DNA of 64,000 nucleotides, from NCBI RefSeq assembly GCF_009914755.1, contig NC_060927.1; one strand, 5' to 3'. Positions within the stretch are counted from its first letter, which is position 1; every line of letters starts with the position of its first letter. Below, piece by piece: positions 42,401 through 57,257 of this stretch. Position numbers and translations under genes: made by a program. The notes under the pieces were generated by a model. That model searched no databases. It had not been told where the DNA came from and saw nothing but the letters and a program-made list of their open reading frames with translations. The stretch comes from the human T2T-CHM13v2.0 reference genome, Homo sapiens.

Positions 42401-45400
42401 ATATATTCTATAGTGTACATAAAATATCAAAGTACCCAAACTATACATTATATACTGTACATAAAATATGAAATTACATCAAATATATATTATATTAGGT
42501 ACATAAAATATGAAAGTACATCAAATATAGATTATATACTGTACATTAAGTACCAAAGTACCCCAAATATATATTTTATACTGTACATGAAATATCAAAG
42601 TTCACAAACTATATATTATATACTGTACATAAAATATCAAAGTACCCAAGGTATATATTCTATACTGTACAAAAAATATCACAGTACCCAAAGCATGTAT
42701 TATATACTGTACATAAAGTATGAAAGTACATCAAATATATATTTTATTCTGTACATAAAATATCGAGGTACACCAGATATATATTCTATAGTGTACATAA
42801 AATATCAAAGTACCCAAACTATAAATTATATACTGTACATAAAATATGAAATTACATCAAATATATATTATATTAGGTACATAAAATATGAAAGTACATC
42901 AAATATAGATTATATACTCTACATTAAATACCAAAGTACCCCAAATATATATTTTATACTGTACATGATATATCAAAGTTCACAAAGTATATATTATATA
43001 CTGTACATAAAATATCAAAGTACCCAAGGTATATATTCTATACTGTACAAAAGATATCAAAGTACCCAAAGCATGTATTATATACTGTACATAAAATATG
43101 AAAGTACATCATATATATATTTTATTCTGTACATAAAATATTAAAGTACACCAGATATATATTCTATAGTGTACATAAAATATCAAAGTACCCAAACTAT
43201 ACATTATATACTGTACATAAAATATGAAATTACATCAAATATATATTAAGTACATAAAATATGAAAGTACATCAAATATGGATTATATACTGTACATAAA
43301 ATATCAATGTACACCAAATATATATTATATACTCTACATGAAATATCAAAGTTCACAAACTATATATTGTATACTGTCCATAAAATATCAAAGTACCCAA
43401 GGTATATATTCTATACTGTACAAAAAATATCAAAGTACCCAAAGCATGTATTATATACTGTACCTAAAATATGAAAGTACATCAAATATATATTTTATTC
43501 TGTACATAAAATATCAAAGTACACCAGATATATATTCTATAGTGTATATAAAATATCAAAGTACCCAAACTATACATTATATACTGTACATAAAATATGA
43601 AATTACATCAAATATATATTATATTAGGTACATAAAATATGAAAGTACATCAAATATAGATTATATACTGTACATAAAATATCAAAGTACCCCGAATATA
43701 TATTATATACTCTACATGAAATATCAAAGTTCACAAACTATATATTATATACTGTCCATCAAATATCAAAGTACCCAAGGTATATATTCTATACTGTACA
43801 AAAAATATCAAGGTACCCAAAGCATGTATTATATACTGTACATAAAATATGAAAGTACATCAAATATATATTTTATTCTGTACATAAAATATCAAAGTAC
43901 ACCAGATATATATTCTACAGTGTATATAAAATATCAAAGTACGCAAACTATACATTATATACTGTACATAAAATATGAAATTACATCAAATATATATTAT
44001 ATTAGGTACATAAAATATGAAAGTACATGAAGTATAGATTATATACTGTACATAAAATATCAAAGTACCCCAAATTTATATTATATACTATACATGAAAT
44101 ATCAAAGTTCACAAACTATATATTATATACTGTACATAAAATATCAAAGTACCCAAGGTATATATTCTATAGTGTACAAAAAATATCAAAGTACCCAAAG
44201 CATGTATTATATACCGTACGTAAAATATAAAATTACATCAAATATATATTTTATTCTGTACATAAAATATCAAAGTACACCAGATATATATACTATAGTG
44301 TACATAAAATATCAAAGTACCCAAACTATACATTATACACTGCACATAAAATATGAAATTACATCAAATATATATTAGGTACATAAAATATGAAAGTACA
44401 TCAAATATAGATTATATACTGTAAATATAATATCAATGTACCCCAAATATATATTTTATACTCTACATGAAATATCAAAGTTCACAAACCATATATTATA
44501 TACTGTACATAAAATATCAAAGTACCCAAGGTATATATTCTATACTGTACAAAAAATATCAAAGTACCCAAAGCATGTATTATATACTGTACATAAAATA
44601 TGAAAGTACATCAAATATATATTTTATTCTGTACATAAAATATCAAAGTACACCAGATATATATTCTATAGTGTACATAAAATATCAAAGTACCCAAACT
44701 ATACATTATATACTGTACATAAAATATGAAATTACATCAAATATATATTATATTAGGTACATGAAATTTGAAAGTACATCAAATATAGATTATATACTGT
44801 ACATAAAATATGAAAGTACCCCAAATATATATTATATACTCTACATGAAATATCAAAGTTCACAAACTATATATTATATACTGTACATAAAATATCAAAG
44901 TACCCAAGGTATATATTCTATACTGTACAAAAAATATCAAAGTATCCAAAGCATGTATTATATACTGTATATAAAATATGAAAGTACATCAAATATATAT
45001 TTTATTCTGTACATAAAATATCAAAGTACACCAGATATATATTCTATAGTGTACATAAAATATCAAAGTACCCAAACTATACATTATATACTGTACATAA
45101 AATATGAAATTACAGCAAATATATATTATATTAGGTACATAAAATATGAAAGTACATCAAATATAGATTATATACTGTACATTAAATACCAAAGTACCCC
45201 AAATATATATTTTATACTGTACATGAAATATCAAAGTTCACAAACTATATATTATATACTGTACATAAAATATCAATGTACCCAAGGTATATATTCTATA
45301 CTGCACAAAAAATATCAAAGTACCCAAAGCATGTATTATATACTGTATATAAAATATGAAAGTACATCAAATATATATTTTATTCTGTACATAAAATATC

Positions 45401-48400
45401 AAAGTACACCAGATATATATTCTATAGTGTACATAAAATATCAAAGTACCCAAACTATACATTATATACTGTACATAAAATATGAAATTACATCAAATAT
45501 ATATTATATTAGGTACATAAAATACGAAAGTACATCAAATATAGATTATATACTGTACATAAAATATCAAAGTACCCCAATATATATTATATACTGTACA
45601 TGAAATATCAAAGTTCACAAACTATATATTATGTACTGTACATAAAATATCAAAGTACCCAAGGTATATATTCTATACTGTACAAAAAATATCAAAGTAC
45701 CCAAAGCATGTATTATATAATGTACATAAAATATGAAAGTACATCAAATATATATTTTATTCTGTACATAAAATATCAAAGTACACCAGATATATATTCT
45801 ATAGCGTACATAAAATATCAAAGTACACAAACTATACATTATATACTGTACATAAAATATGAAATTACATCAAATATATATTATATTAGGTAAATGAAAT
45901 ATGAAAGTACATCAAATATAGATTATATACTGTACATAAAATATGAAAGTACCCCAAATATATATTATATACTCTACATGAAATATCAAAGTTCACAAAC
46001 TATATATTATATACTGTACATAAAATATCAAAGTACCCAAGGTATATATTCTATCCTGTACAAAAAATATCAAAGTATCCAAAGCATGTATTATATACTG
46101 TATATAAAATATGAAAGTACATCAAATATATATTTTATTCTGTACATAAAATATCAAAGTACACCAGATATATATTCTATAGCGTACATAAAATATCAAA
46201 GTACACAAACTATACATTATATACTGTACATAAAATATGAAATTACATCAAATATATATTATATTAGGTACATAAAATATGAAAGTACATCAAATATAGA
46301 TTATATACTGTAAATATAATATCAATGTACCCCAAATATATATTTTATACTCTACATGAAATATCAAAGTTCACAAACCATATATTATATACTGTACATA
46401 AAATATCAAAGTACCCAAGGTATATATTCTATACTGTACAAAAAATATCAAAGTACCCAAAGCATGTATTATATACTGTACATAAAATATGAAAGTACAT
46501 CAAATATATATTTTATTCTGTACATAAAATATCAAAGTACACCAGATATATATTCTATAGTGTACATAAAATATCAAAGTACCCAAACTATACATTATAT
46601 ACTGTACATAAAATATGAAATTACATCAAATATATATTATATTAGGTAAATGAAATATGAAAGTACATCAAATATAGATTATATACTGTACATAAAATAT
46701 GAAAGTACCCCAAATATATATTATATACTCTACATGAAATATCAAAGTTCACAAACTATATATTATATACTGTACATAAAATATCAAAGTACCCAAGGTA
46801 TATATTCTATACTGTACAAAAAATATCAAAGTATCCAAAGCATGTATTATATACTGTATATAAAATATGAAAGTACATCAAATATATATTTTATTCTGTA
46901 CATAAAATATCAAAGTACACCAGATATATATTCTATAGTGTACATAAAATATCAAAGTACCCAAACTATACATTATATACTGTACATAAAATATGAAATT
47001 ACAGCAAATATATATTATATTAGGTACATAAAATATGAAAGTACATCAAATATAGATTATATACTCTACATTAAATACCAAAGTACCCAAATATATATTT
47101 TATACTGTACATGAAATATCAAAGTTCACAAACTATATATTATATACTGTACATAAAATATCAATGTACCCAAGGTATATATTCTATACTGCACAAAAAA
47201 TATCAAAGTACCCAAAGCATGTATTATATACTGTATATAAAATATGAAAGTACATCAAATATATATTTTATTCTGTACATAAAATATCAAAGTACACCAG
47301 ATATATATTCTATAGTGTACATAAAATATCAAAGTACCCAAACTATACATTATATACTGTACATAAAATATGAAATTACATCAAATATATATTATATTAG
47401 GTACATTAAATACGAAAGTACATCAAATATAGATTATATACTGTACATAAAATATGAAAGTACCCCAATATATATTATATACTCTACATGAAATATCAAA
47501 GTTCACAAACTATATATTATGTACTGTACATAAAATATCAAACTACCCAAGGTATATATTCTATACTGTACAAAAAATATCAAAGTACCCAAAGCATGTA
47601 TTATATAATGTACATAAAATATGAAAGTACATCAAATATATATTTTATTCTGTACATAAAATATCAAAGAACACCAGATATATATTCTATAGTGTACATA
47701 AAATATCAAAGTACCCAAACTATACATTATATACTGTACATAAAATATGAAATTACATCATATATATATTAGGTACATAAAATATGAAAGTACATCAAAT
47801 ATATATTTTATTCTGTACATAAAATATCAAAGTACACCAGATATATATTCTATAGTGTACATAAAATAACAAAGTACACAAACTATAAATTATATACTGT
47901 ACATAAAATATGAAATTACATCAAATATATATTAGGTACATAAAATATGAAAGTACATCAAATATAGATTATATACTGTACATATAATATCAATGTACCC
48001 GAAATATATATTTTATACTCTACATGAAATATCAAAGTTCACAAACCATATATTGTATACTGCACATAAAATATCAAAATACACAAGGTATATATTCTAT
48101 ACTGTACAAAAAATATCAAAGTACCCAAAGCAGGTATTATATACTGTATATAAAATATGAAAGTACATCAAATATATATTTTATTCTGTACATAAAATAT
48201 CAAAGTACCCCAGATATATATTCTATAGTGTACATAAAATATCAAGGTACCCAAACTATATATTATATACTGTACATAAAATATGAAATTACAGCAAATA
48301 TATATTATATTAGGTACATAAAATATGAAAGTACATCAAATATAGATTATATACTGTACATTAAATACCAAAGTACCCCAAATATATATTTTATACTGTA

Positions 48401-48900
48401 CATGAAATATCAAAGTTCACAAACTATATATTATATACTGTACATAAAATATCAATGTACCCAAGGTATATATTCTATACTGCACAAAAAATATCAAAGT
48501 ACCCAAAGCATGTATTATATACTGTATATAAAATATGAAAGTACATCAAATATATATTTTATTCTGTACATAAAATATCAAAGTACACCAGATATATATT
48601 CTATAGTGTACATAAAATATCAAAGTACCCAAACTATACATTATATACTGTACATAAATATGAAATTACATCAAATATATATTATATTAGGTACATAAAA
48701 TATGAAAGTACATGAAGTATAGATTATATACTGTAGATAAAATATCAAAGTACCCCAAATTTATATTATATACTATACATGAAATATCAAAGTTCACAAA
48801 CTATATATTATATACTGTACATAAAATATCAAAGTACCCAAGGTATATATTCTATAGTGTACAAAAAATATCAAAGTACCCAAAGCATGTATTATATACC
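39470..48900 (+). repeat. Segmental copy B of the ~10-kb block at ~8500-18550
   Basis: Paired landmarks: 8578/39548, 9018/39988, 10147/41117, 12878/43224, 13681/44027, 15254/45600, 17143/47488 and 18367/48712. Confidence 0.85.
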
Positions 48901-51900
48901 GTACGTAAAATATAAAATTACATCAAATATATATTTTATTCTGTCCATAAAATATCAAAGTACACCAGATATATATACTATAGTGTACATAAAATATCAA
49001 AGTACCCAAACTATACATTATACACTGCACATAAAATATGAAATTACATCAAATATATATTAGGTACATAAAATATGAAAGTACATCAAATATAGATTAT
49101 ATACTGTAAATATAATATCAATGTACCCCAAATATATATTTTATACTCTACATGAAATATCAAAGTTCACAAACCATATATTATATACTGTACATAAAAT
49201 ATCAAAGTACCCAAGGTATATATTCTATACTGTACAAAAAATATCAAAGTACCCAAAGCATGTATTATATACTGTACATAAAATATGAAAGTACATCAAA
49301 TATATATTTTATTCTGTACATAAAATATCAAAGTACACCAGATATATATTCTATAGTGTACATAAAATAACAAAGTACACAAACTATAAATTATATCCTG
49401 TACATAAAATATGAAATTACATCAAATATATATTAGGTACATAAAATATGAAAGTACATCAAATATAGATTATATACTGTACATTAAGTACCAAAGTACA
49501 CCAAATATATATTTTATTCTGTACATAAAATATCAAAGTACACCAGATATATATTCTATAGTGTACATAATATATCAAAGTACCCAAACTATACATTATA
49601 TACTGTACATAAAATATGAAATTACAGCAAATATATATTATATTAGGTAAATGAAATATGAAAGTACATCAAATATAGATTATATACTGTACATAAAATA
49701 TGAAAGTACCCCAAATATATATTATATACTCTACATGAAATATCAAAGTTCACAAACTATATATTATATACTGTACATAAAATATCAAAGTACCCAAGGT
49801 ATATATTCTATACTGTACAAAAAATATCAAAGTATCCAAAGCATGTATTATATACTGTATATAAAATATGAAAGTACATCAAATATATATTTTATTCTGT
49901 ACATAAAATATCAAAGTACACCAGATATATATTCTATAGTGTACATAAAATATCAAAGTACCCAAACTATACATTATATACTGTACATAAAATATGAAAT
50001 TACAGCAAATATATATTATATTAGGTACATAAAATATGAAAGTACATCAAATATAGATTATATACTGTACATTAAATACCAAAGTACCCCAAATATATAT
50101 TTTATACTGTACATGAAATATCAAAGTTCACAAACTATATATTATATACTGTACATAAAGTATCAATGTACCCAAGGTATATATTCTATACTGCACAAAA
50201 AATATCAAAGTACCCAAAGCATGTATTATATACTGTATATAAAATATGAAAGTACATCAAATATATATTTTATTCTGTACATAAAATATCAAAGTACACC
50301 AGATATATATTCTATAGTGTACATAAAATATCAAAGTACCCAAACTATACATTATATACTGTACATAAAATATGAAATTACATCAAATATATATTATATT
50401 AGGTACATAAAATACGAAAGTACATCAAATATAGATTATATACTGTACATAAAATATCAAAGTACCCCAATATATATTATATACTCTACATGAAATATCA
50501 AAGTTCACAAACTATATATTATGTACTGTACATAAAATATCAAACTACCCAAGGTATATATTCTATACTGTACAAAAAATATCAAAGTACCCAAAGCATG
50601 TATTATATAATGTACATAAAATATGAAAGTACATCAAATATATATTTTATTCTGTACATAAAATATCAAAGAACACCAGATATATATTCTATAGTGTACA
50701 TAAAATATCAAAGTACCCAAACTATACATTATATACTGTACATAAAATATGAAATTACATCATATATATATTAGGTACATAAAATATGAAAGTACATCAA
50801 ATATATATTTTATTCTGTACATAAAATATCAAAGTACACCAGATATATATTCTATAGTGTACATAAAATAACAAAGTACACAAACTATAAAATATATACT
50901 GTACATAAAATATGAAATTACATCAAATATATATTAGGTACATAAAATATGAAAGTACATCAAATATAGATTATATACTGTACATATAATATCAATGTAC
51001 CCGAAATATATATTTTATACTCTACATGAAATATCAAAGTTCACAAACCATATATTGTATACTGCACATAAAATATCAAAATACACAAGGTATATATTCT
51101 ATACTGTACAAAAAATATCAAAGTACCCAAAGCAGGTATTATATACTGTATATAAAATATGAAAGTACATCAAATATATATTTTATTCTGTACATAAAAT
51201 ATCAAAGTACACCAGATATATATTCTATAGTGTACATAAAATATCAAGGTACCCAAACTATATATTATATACTGTACATAAAATATGAAATTACAGCAAA
51301 TATATATTATATTAGGTACATAAAATATGAAAGTACATCAAATATAGATTATATACTGTACATTAAATACCAAAGTACCCCAAATATATATTTTATACTG
51401 TACATGAAATATCAAAGTTCACAAACTATATATTATATACTGTACATAAAATATCAATGTACCCAAGGTATATATTCTATACTGCACAAAAAATATCAAA
51501 GTACCCAAAGCATGTATTATATACTGTATATAAAATATGAAAGTACATCAAATATATATTTTATTCTGTACATAAAATATCAAAATACACCAGATATATA
51601 TTCTATAGTGTACATAAAATATCAAAGTACCCAAACTATACATTATATACTGTACATAAATATGAAATTACATCAAATATATATTATATTAGGTACATAA
51701 AATATGAAAGTACATGAAGTATAGATTATATACTGTAGATAAAATATCAAAGTACCCCAAATTTATATTATATACTATACATGAAATATCAAAGTTCACA
51801 AACTATATATTATATACTGTACATAAAATATCAAAGTACCCAAGGTATATATTCTATAGTGTACAAAAAATATCAAAGTACCCAAAGCATGTATTATATA
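47100..51900 (+). repeat. 3,002-bp local periodicity (deleted derivative of the 6.77-kb super-repeat)
   Basis: 47488/50490, 48024/51026 and 48712/51714 are all 3,002 bp apart, and 3,002 = 536+378+377+373+583+378+377. Confidence 0.75.
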
Positions 51901-54900
51901 CCGTACATAAAATATAAAATTACATCAAATATATATTTTATTCTGTACATAAAATATCAAAGTACACCAGATATATATACTATAGTGTACATAAAATATC
52001 AAAGTACCCAAACTATACATTATACACTGTACATAAAATATGAAATTACATCAAATATATATTAGGTACATAAAATATGAAAGTACATCAAATATAGATT
52101 ATATACTGTAAATATAATATCAATGTACCCCAAATATATATTTTATACTCTACATGAAATATCAAAGTTCACAAACCATATATTATATACTGTACATAAA
52201 ATATCAAAGTACCCAAGGTATATATTCTATACTGTGCAAAAAATATCAAAGTACCCAAAGCATGTATTATATACTGTATATAAAATATGAAAGTACATCA
52301 AATATATATTTTATTCTGTACATAAAATGTCAAAGTACACCAGATATATATTCTATAGTGTACATAAAATATCAAAGTACCCAAACTATACATTATATAC
52401 TGTACATAAAATATGAAATTACATCAAATATATATTAAGTACATAAAATATGAAAGTACATCAAATATAGATTATATAGTGTACATAAAATATCAATGTA
52501 CACCAAATATATATTATATACTCTACATGAAATATCAAAGTTCACAAACTATATATTATATACTGTCCATAAAATATCAAAGTACCCAAGGTATATATTT
52601 TATACTGTACAAAAAATATCAAAGTACCCAAAGCATGTATTATATACTATACCTAAAATATGAAAGTACATCAAATATATATTTTATTCTGTACATAAAA
52701 TATCAAAGTACACCAGATATATATTCTACAGTGTATATAAAATATCAAAGTACCCAAACTATACATTATATACTGTACATAAAATATGAAATTACATCAA
52801 ATATATATTATATTAGGTACATAAAATATGAAAGTACATGAAGTATAGATTATATACTGTACATAAAATATCAAAGTACCCCAAATTTATATTATATACT
52901 ATACATGAAATATCAAAGTTCACAAACTATATATTATATACTGTACATAAAATATCAAAGTACCCAAGGTATATATTCTATAGTGTACAAAAAATATCAA
53001 AGTACCCAAAGCATGTATTATATACCGTATGTAAAATATAAAATTACATCAAATATATATTTTATTCTGTACATAAAATATCAAAGTACACCAGATATAT
53101 ATACTATAGTGTACATAAAATAACAAAGTACCCAAACTATACATTATACACTGCACATAAAATATGAAATTACATCTAATATATATTAGGTACATAAAAT
53201 ATGAAAGTACATCAAATATAGATTATATACTGTAAATATAATATCAATGTACCCCAAATATATATTTTATACTCTACATGAAATATCAAAGTTCACAAAG
53301 CATATATTATATACTGTACATAAAATATCAAAGTACCCAAGGTATATATTCTATACTGTACAAAAAATATCAAAGTACCCAAAGCATGTATTATATACTG
53401 TACATAAAATATGAAAGTACATCAAATATATATTTTATTCTGTACATAAAATATCAAAGTACACCAGATATATATTCTATAGTGTACATAAAATAACAAA
53501 GTACACAAACTATAAATTATATCCTGTACATAAAATATGAAATTACATCAAATATATATTAGGTACATAAAATATGAAAGTACATCAAATATAGATTATA
53601 TACTGTACATTAAGTACCAAAGTACACCAAATATATATTTTATTCTGTACATAAAATATCAAAGTACACCAGATATATATTCTATAGTGTACATAAAATA
53701 TCAAAGTACCCAAACTATACATTATATACTGTACATAAAATATGAAATTACATCAAATATATATTATATTAGGTAAATGAAATATGAAAGTACATCAAAT
53801 ATAGATTATATACTGTACATAAAATATGAAAGTACCCCAAATATATATTATATACTCTACATGAAATATCAAAGTTCACAAATTATATATTATATACTGT
53901 ACATAAAATATCAAAGTACCCAAGGTATATATTCTATACTGTACAAAAAATATCAAAGTATCCAAAGCATGTATTATATACTGTATATAAAATATGAAAG
54001 TACATCAAATATATATTTTATTCTGTACATAAAATATCAAAGTACACCAGATATATATTCTATAGTGTACATAAAATATCAAAGTACCCAAACTATACAT
54101 TATATACTGTACATAAAATATGAAATTACAGCAAATATATATTATATTAGGTACATAAAATATGAAAGTACATCAAATATAGATTATATACTGTACATTA
54201 AATACCAAAGTACCCCAAATATATATTTTATACTGTACATGAAATATCAAAGTTCACAAATTATATATTATATACTGTACATAAAATATCAATGTACCCA
54301 AGGTATATATTCTATACTGCACAAAAAATATCAAAGTACCCAAAGCATGTATTATATACTGTATATAAAATATGAAAGTACATCAAATATATATTTTATT
54401 CTGTACATAAAATATCAAAGTACACCAGATATATATTCTATAGTGTACATAAAATATCAAAGTACCCAAACTATACATTATATACTGTACATAAAATATG
54501 AAATTACATCAAATATATATTATATTAGGTACATAAAATACGAAAGTACATCAAATATAGATTATATAATGTACATAAAATATGAAAGTACCCCTATATA
54601 TATTATATACTCTACATGAAATATCAAAGTTTACAAACTATATATTATGTACTGTACATAAAATATCAAAGTACCCAAGGTATATATTCTATACTGTACA
54701 AAAAATATCAAAGTACCCAAAGCATGTATTATATACTATACCTAAAATATGAAAGTACATCAAATATATATTTTATTCTGTACATAAAATATCAAAGAAC
54801 ACCAGATATATATTCTATAGTGTACATAAAATATCAAAGTACCCAAACTATACATTATATACTATACATAAAATATGAAATTACATCAAATATATATTAT

Positions 54901-57257
54901 ATTAGGTACATAAAATATGAAAGTACATCAAATATAGATTATATACTGTAAATATAATATCAATGTACCCCAAATATATATTTTATACTCTACATGAAAT
55001 ATCAAAGTTCACAAACCATATATTATATACTGTACATAAAATATCAAAGTACCCAAGGTATATATTCTATACTGTACAAAAATATCAAAGTACCCAAAGC
55101 ATGTATTATATACTATACCTAAAATATGAAAGTACATCAAATATATATTTTATTCTGTACATAAAATATCAAAGTACACCAGATATATATTCTACAGTGT
55201 ACATAAAATATCAAAGTACCCAAACTATACATTATATACTGTACATAAAATATGAAATTACATCAAATATATATTATATTAGGTACATAAAATACGAAAG
55301 TACATCAAATATAGATTATATACTGTACATAAAATATCAAAGTACCCCAATATATATTATATACTGTACATGAAATATCAAAGTTCACAAACTATATATT
55401 ATGTACTGTACATAAAATATCAAAGTACCCAAGGTATATATTCTATACTGTACAAAAAATATCAAAGTACCCAAAGCATGTATTATATAATGTACATAAA
55501 ATATGAAAGTACATCAAATATATATTTTATTCTGTACATAAAATATCAAAGTACACCAGATATATATTCTATAGCGTACATAAAATATCAAAGTACACAA
55601 ACTATACATTATATACTGTACATAAAATATGAAATTACATCAAATATATATTATATTAGGTAAATGAAATATGAAAGTACATCAAATATAGATTATATAC
55701 TGTACATAAAATATGAAAGTACCCCAAATATATATTATATACTCTACATGAAATATCAAAGTTCACAAACTATATATTATATACTGTACATAAAATATCA
55801 AAGTACCCAAGGTATATATTCTATACTGTACAAAAAATATCAAAGTATCCAAAGCATGTATTATATACTGTATATAAAATATGAAAGTACATCAAATATA
55901 TATTTTATTCTGTACATAAAATATCAAAGTACACCAGATATATATTCTATAGCGTACATAAAATATCAAAGTACACAAACTATACATTATATACTGTACA
56001 TAAAATATGAAATTACATCAAATATATATTATATTAGGTACATAAAATATGAAAGTACATCAAATATAGATTATATACTGTAAATATAATATCAATGTAC
56101 CCCAAATATATATTTTATACTCTACATGAAATATCAAAGTTCACAAACCATATATTATATACTGTACATAAAATATCAAAGTACCCAAGGTATATATTCT
56201 ATACCGTACAAAAAATATCAAAGTACCCAAAGCATGTATTATATACTGTACATAAAATATGAAAGTACATCAAATATATATTTTATTCTGTACATAAAAT
56301 ATCAAAGTACACCAGATATATATTCTATAGTGTACATAAAATATCAAAGTACCCAAACTATACATTATATACTGTACATAAAATATGAAATTACATCAAA
56401 TATATATTATATTAGGTAAATGAAATATGAAAGTACATCAAATATAGATTGTATACTGTACATAAAATATGAAAGTACCCCAAATATATATTATATACTC
56501 TACATGAAATATCAAAGTTCACAAACTATATATTATATACTGTACATAAAATATCAAAGTACCCAAGTTATATATTCTATACTGTACAAAAAATATCAAA
56601 GTATCCAAAGCATGTATTATATACTGTATATAAAATATGAAAGTACATCAAATATATATTTTATTCTGTACATAAAATATCAAACTACACCAGATATATA
56701 TTCTATAGTGTACATAAAATATCAAAGTACCCAAACTATACATTATATACTGTACATAAAATATGAATTACAGCAAATATATATTATATTAGGTACATAA
56801 AATATGAAAGTACATCAAATATAGATTATATACTCTACATTAAATACCAAAGTACCCCAAATATATATTTTATACTGTACATGAAATATCAAAGTTCACA
56901 AACTATATATTATATACTGTACATAAAATATCAATATACCCAAGGTATATATTCTATACTGCACAAAAAATATCAAAGTACCCAAAGCATGTATTATATA
57001 CTGTATATAAAATATGAAAGTACATCAAATATATATTTTATTCTGTACATAAAATATCAAAGTACACCAGATATATATTCTATAGTGTACATAAAATATC
57101 AAAGTACCCAAACTATACGTTATATACTGTACATAAAATATGAAATTACATCAAATATATATTATATTAGGTACATAAAATACGAAAGTACATCAAATAT
57201 AGATTATATACTGTACATAAAATATGAAAGTACCCCAATATATATTATATACTCTAC
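50490..57257 (+). repeat. Additional full copy of the 6.77-kb super-repeat (6,768 bp)
   Basis: Variant units occur in the same order as in 23913-30682 (50490, 51026, 51714, 52154, 52838, 53537, 54616, 55370, 56126, 56420, 57258). It is 2 bp shorter because of 1-bp deletions near 55080 and 56767. Confidence 0.85.
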
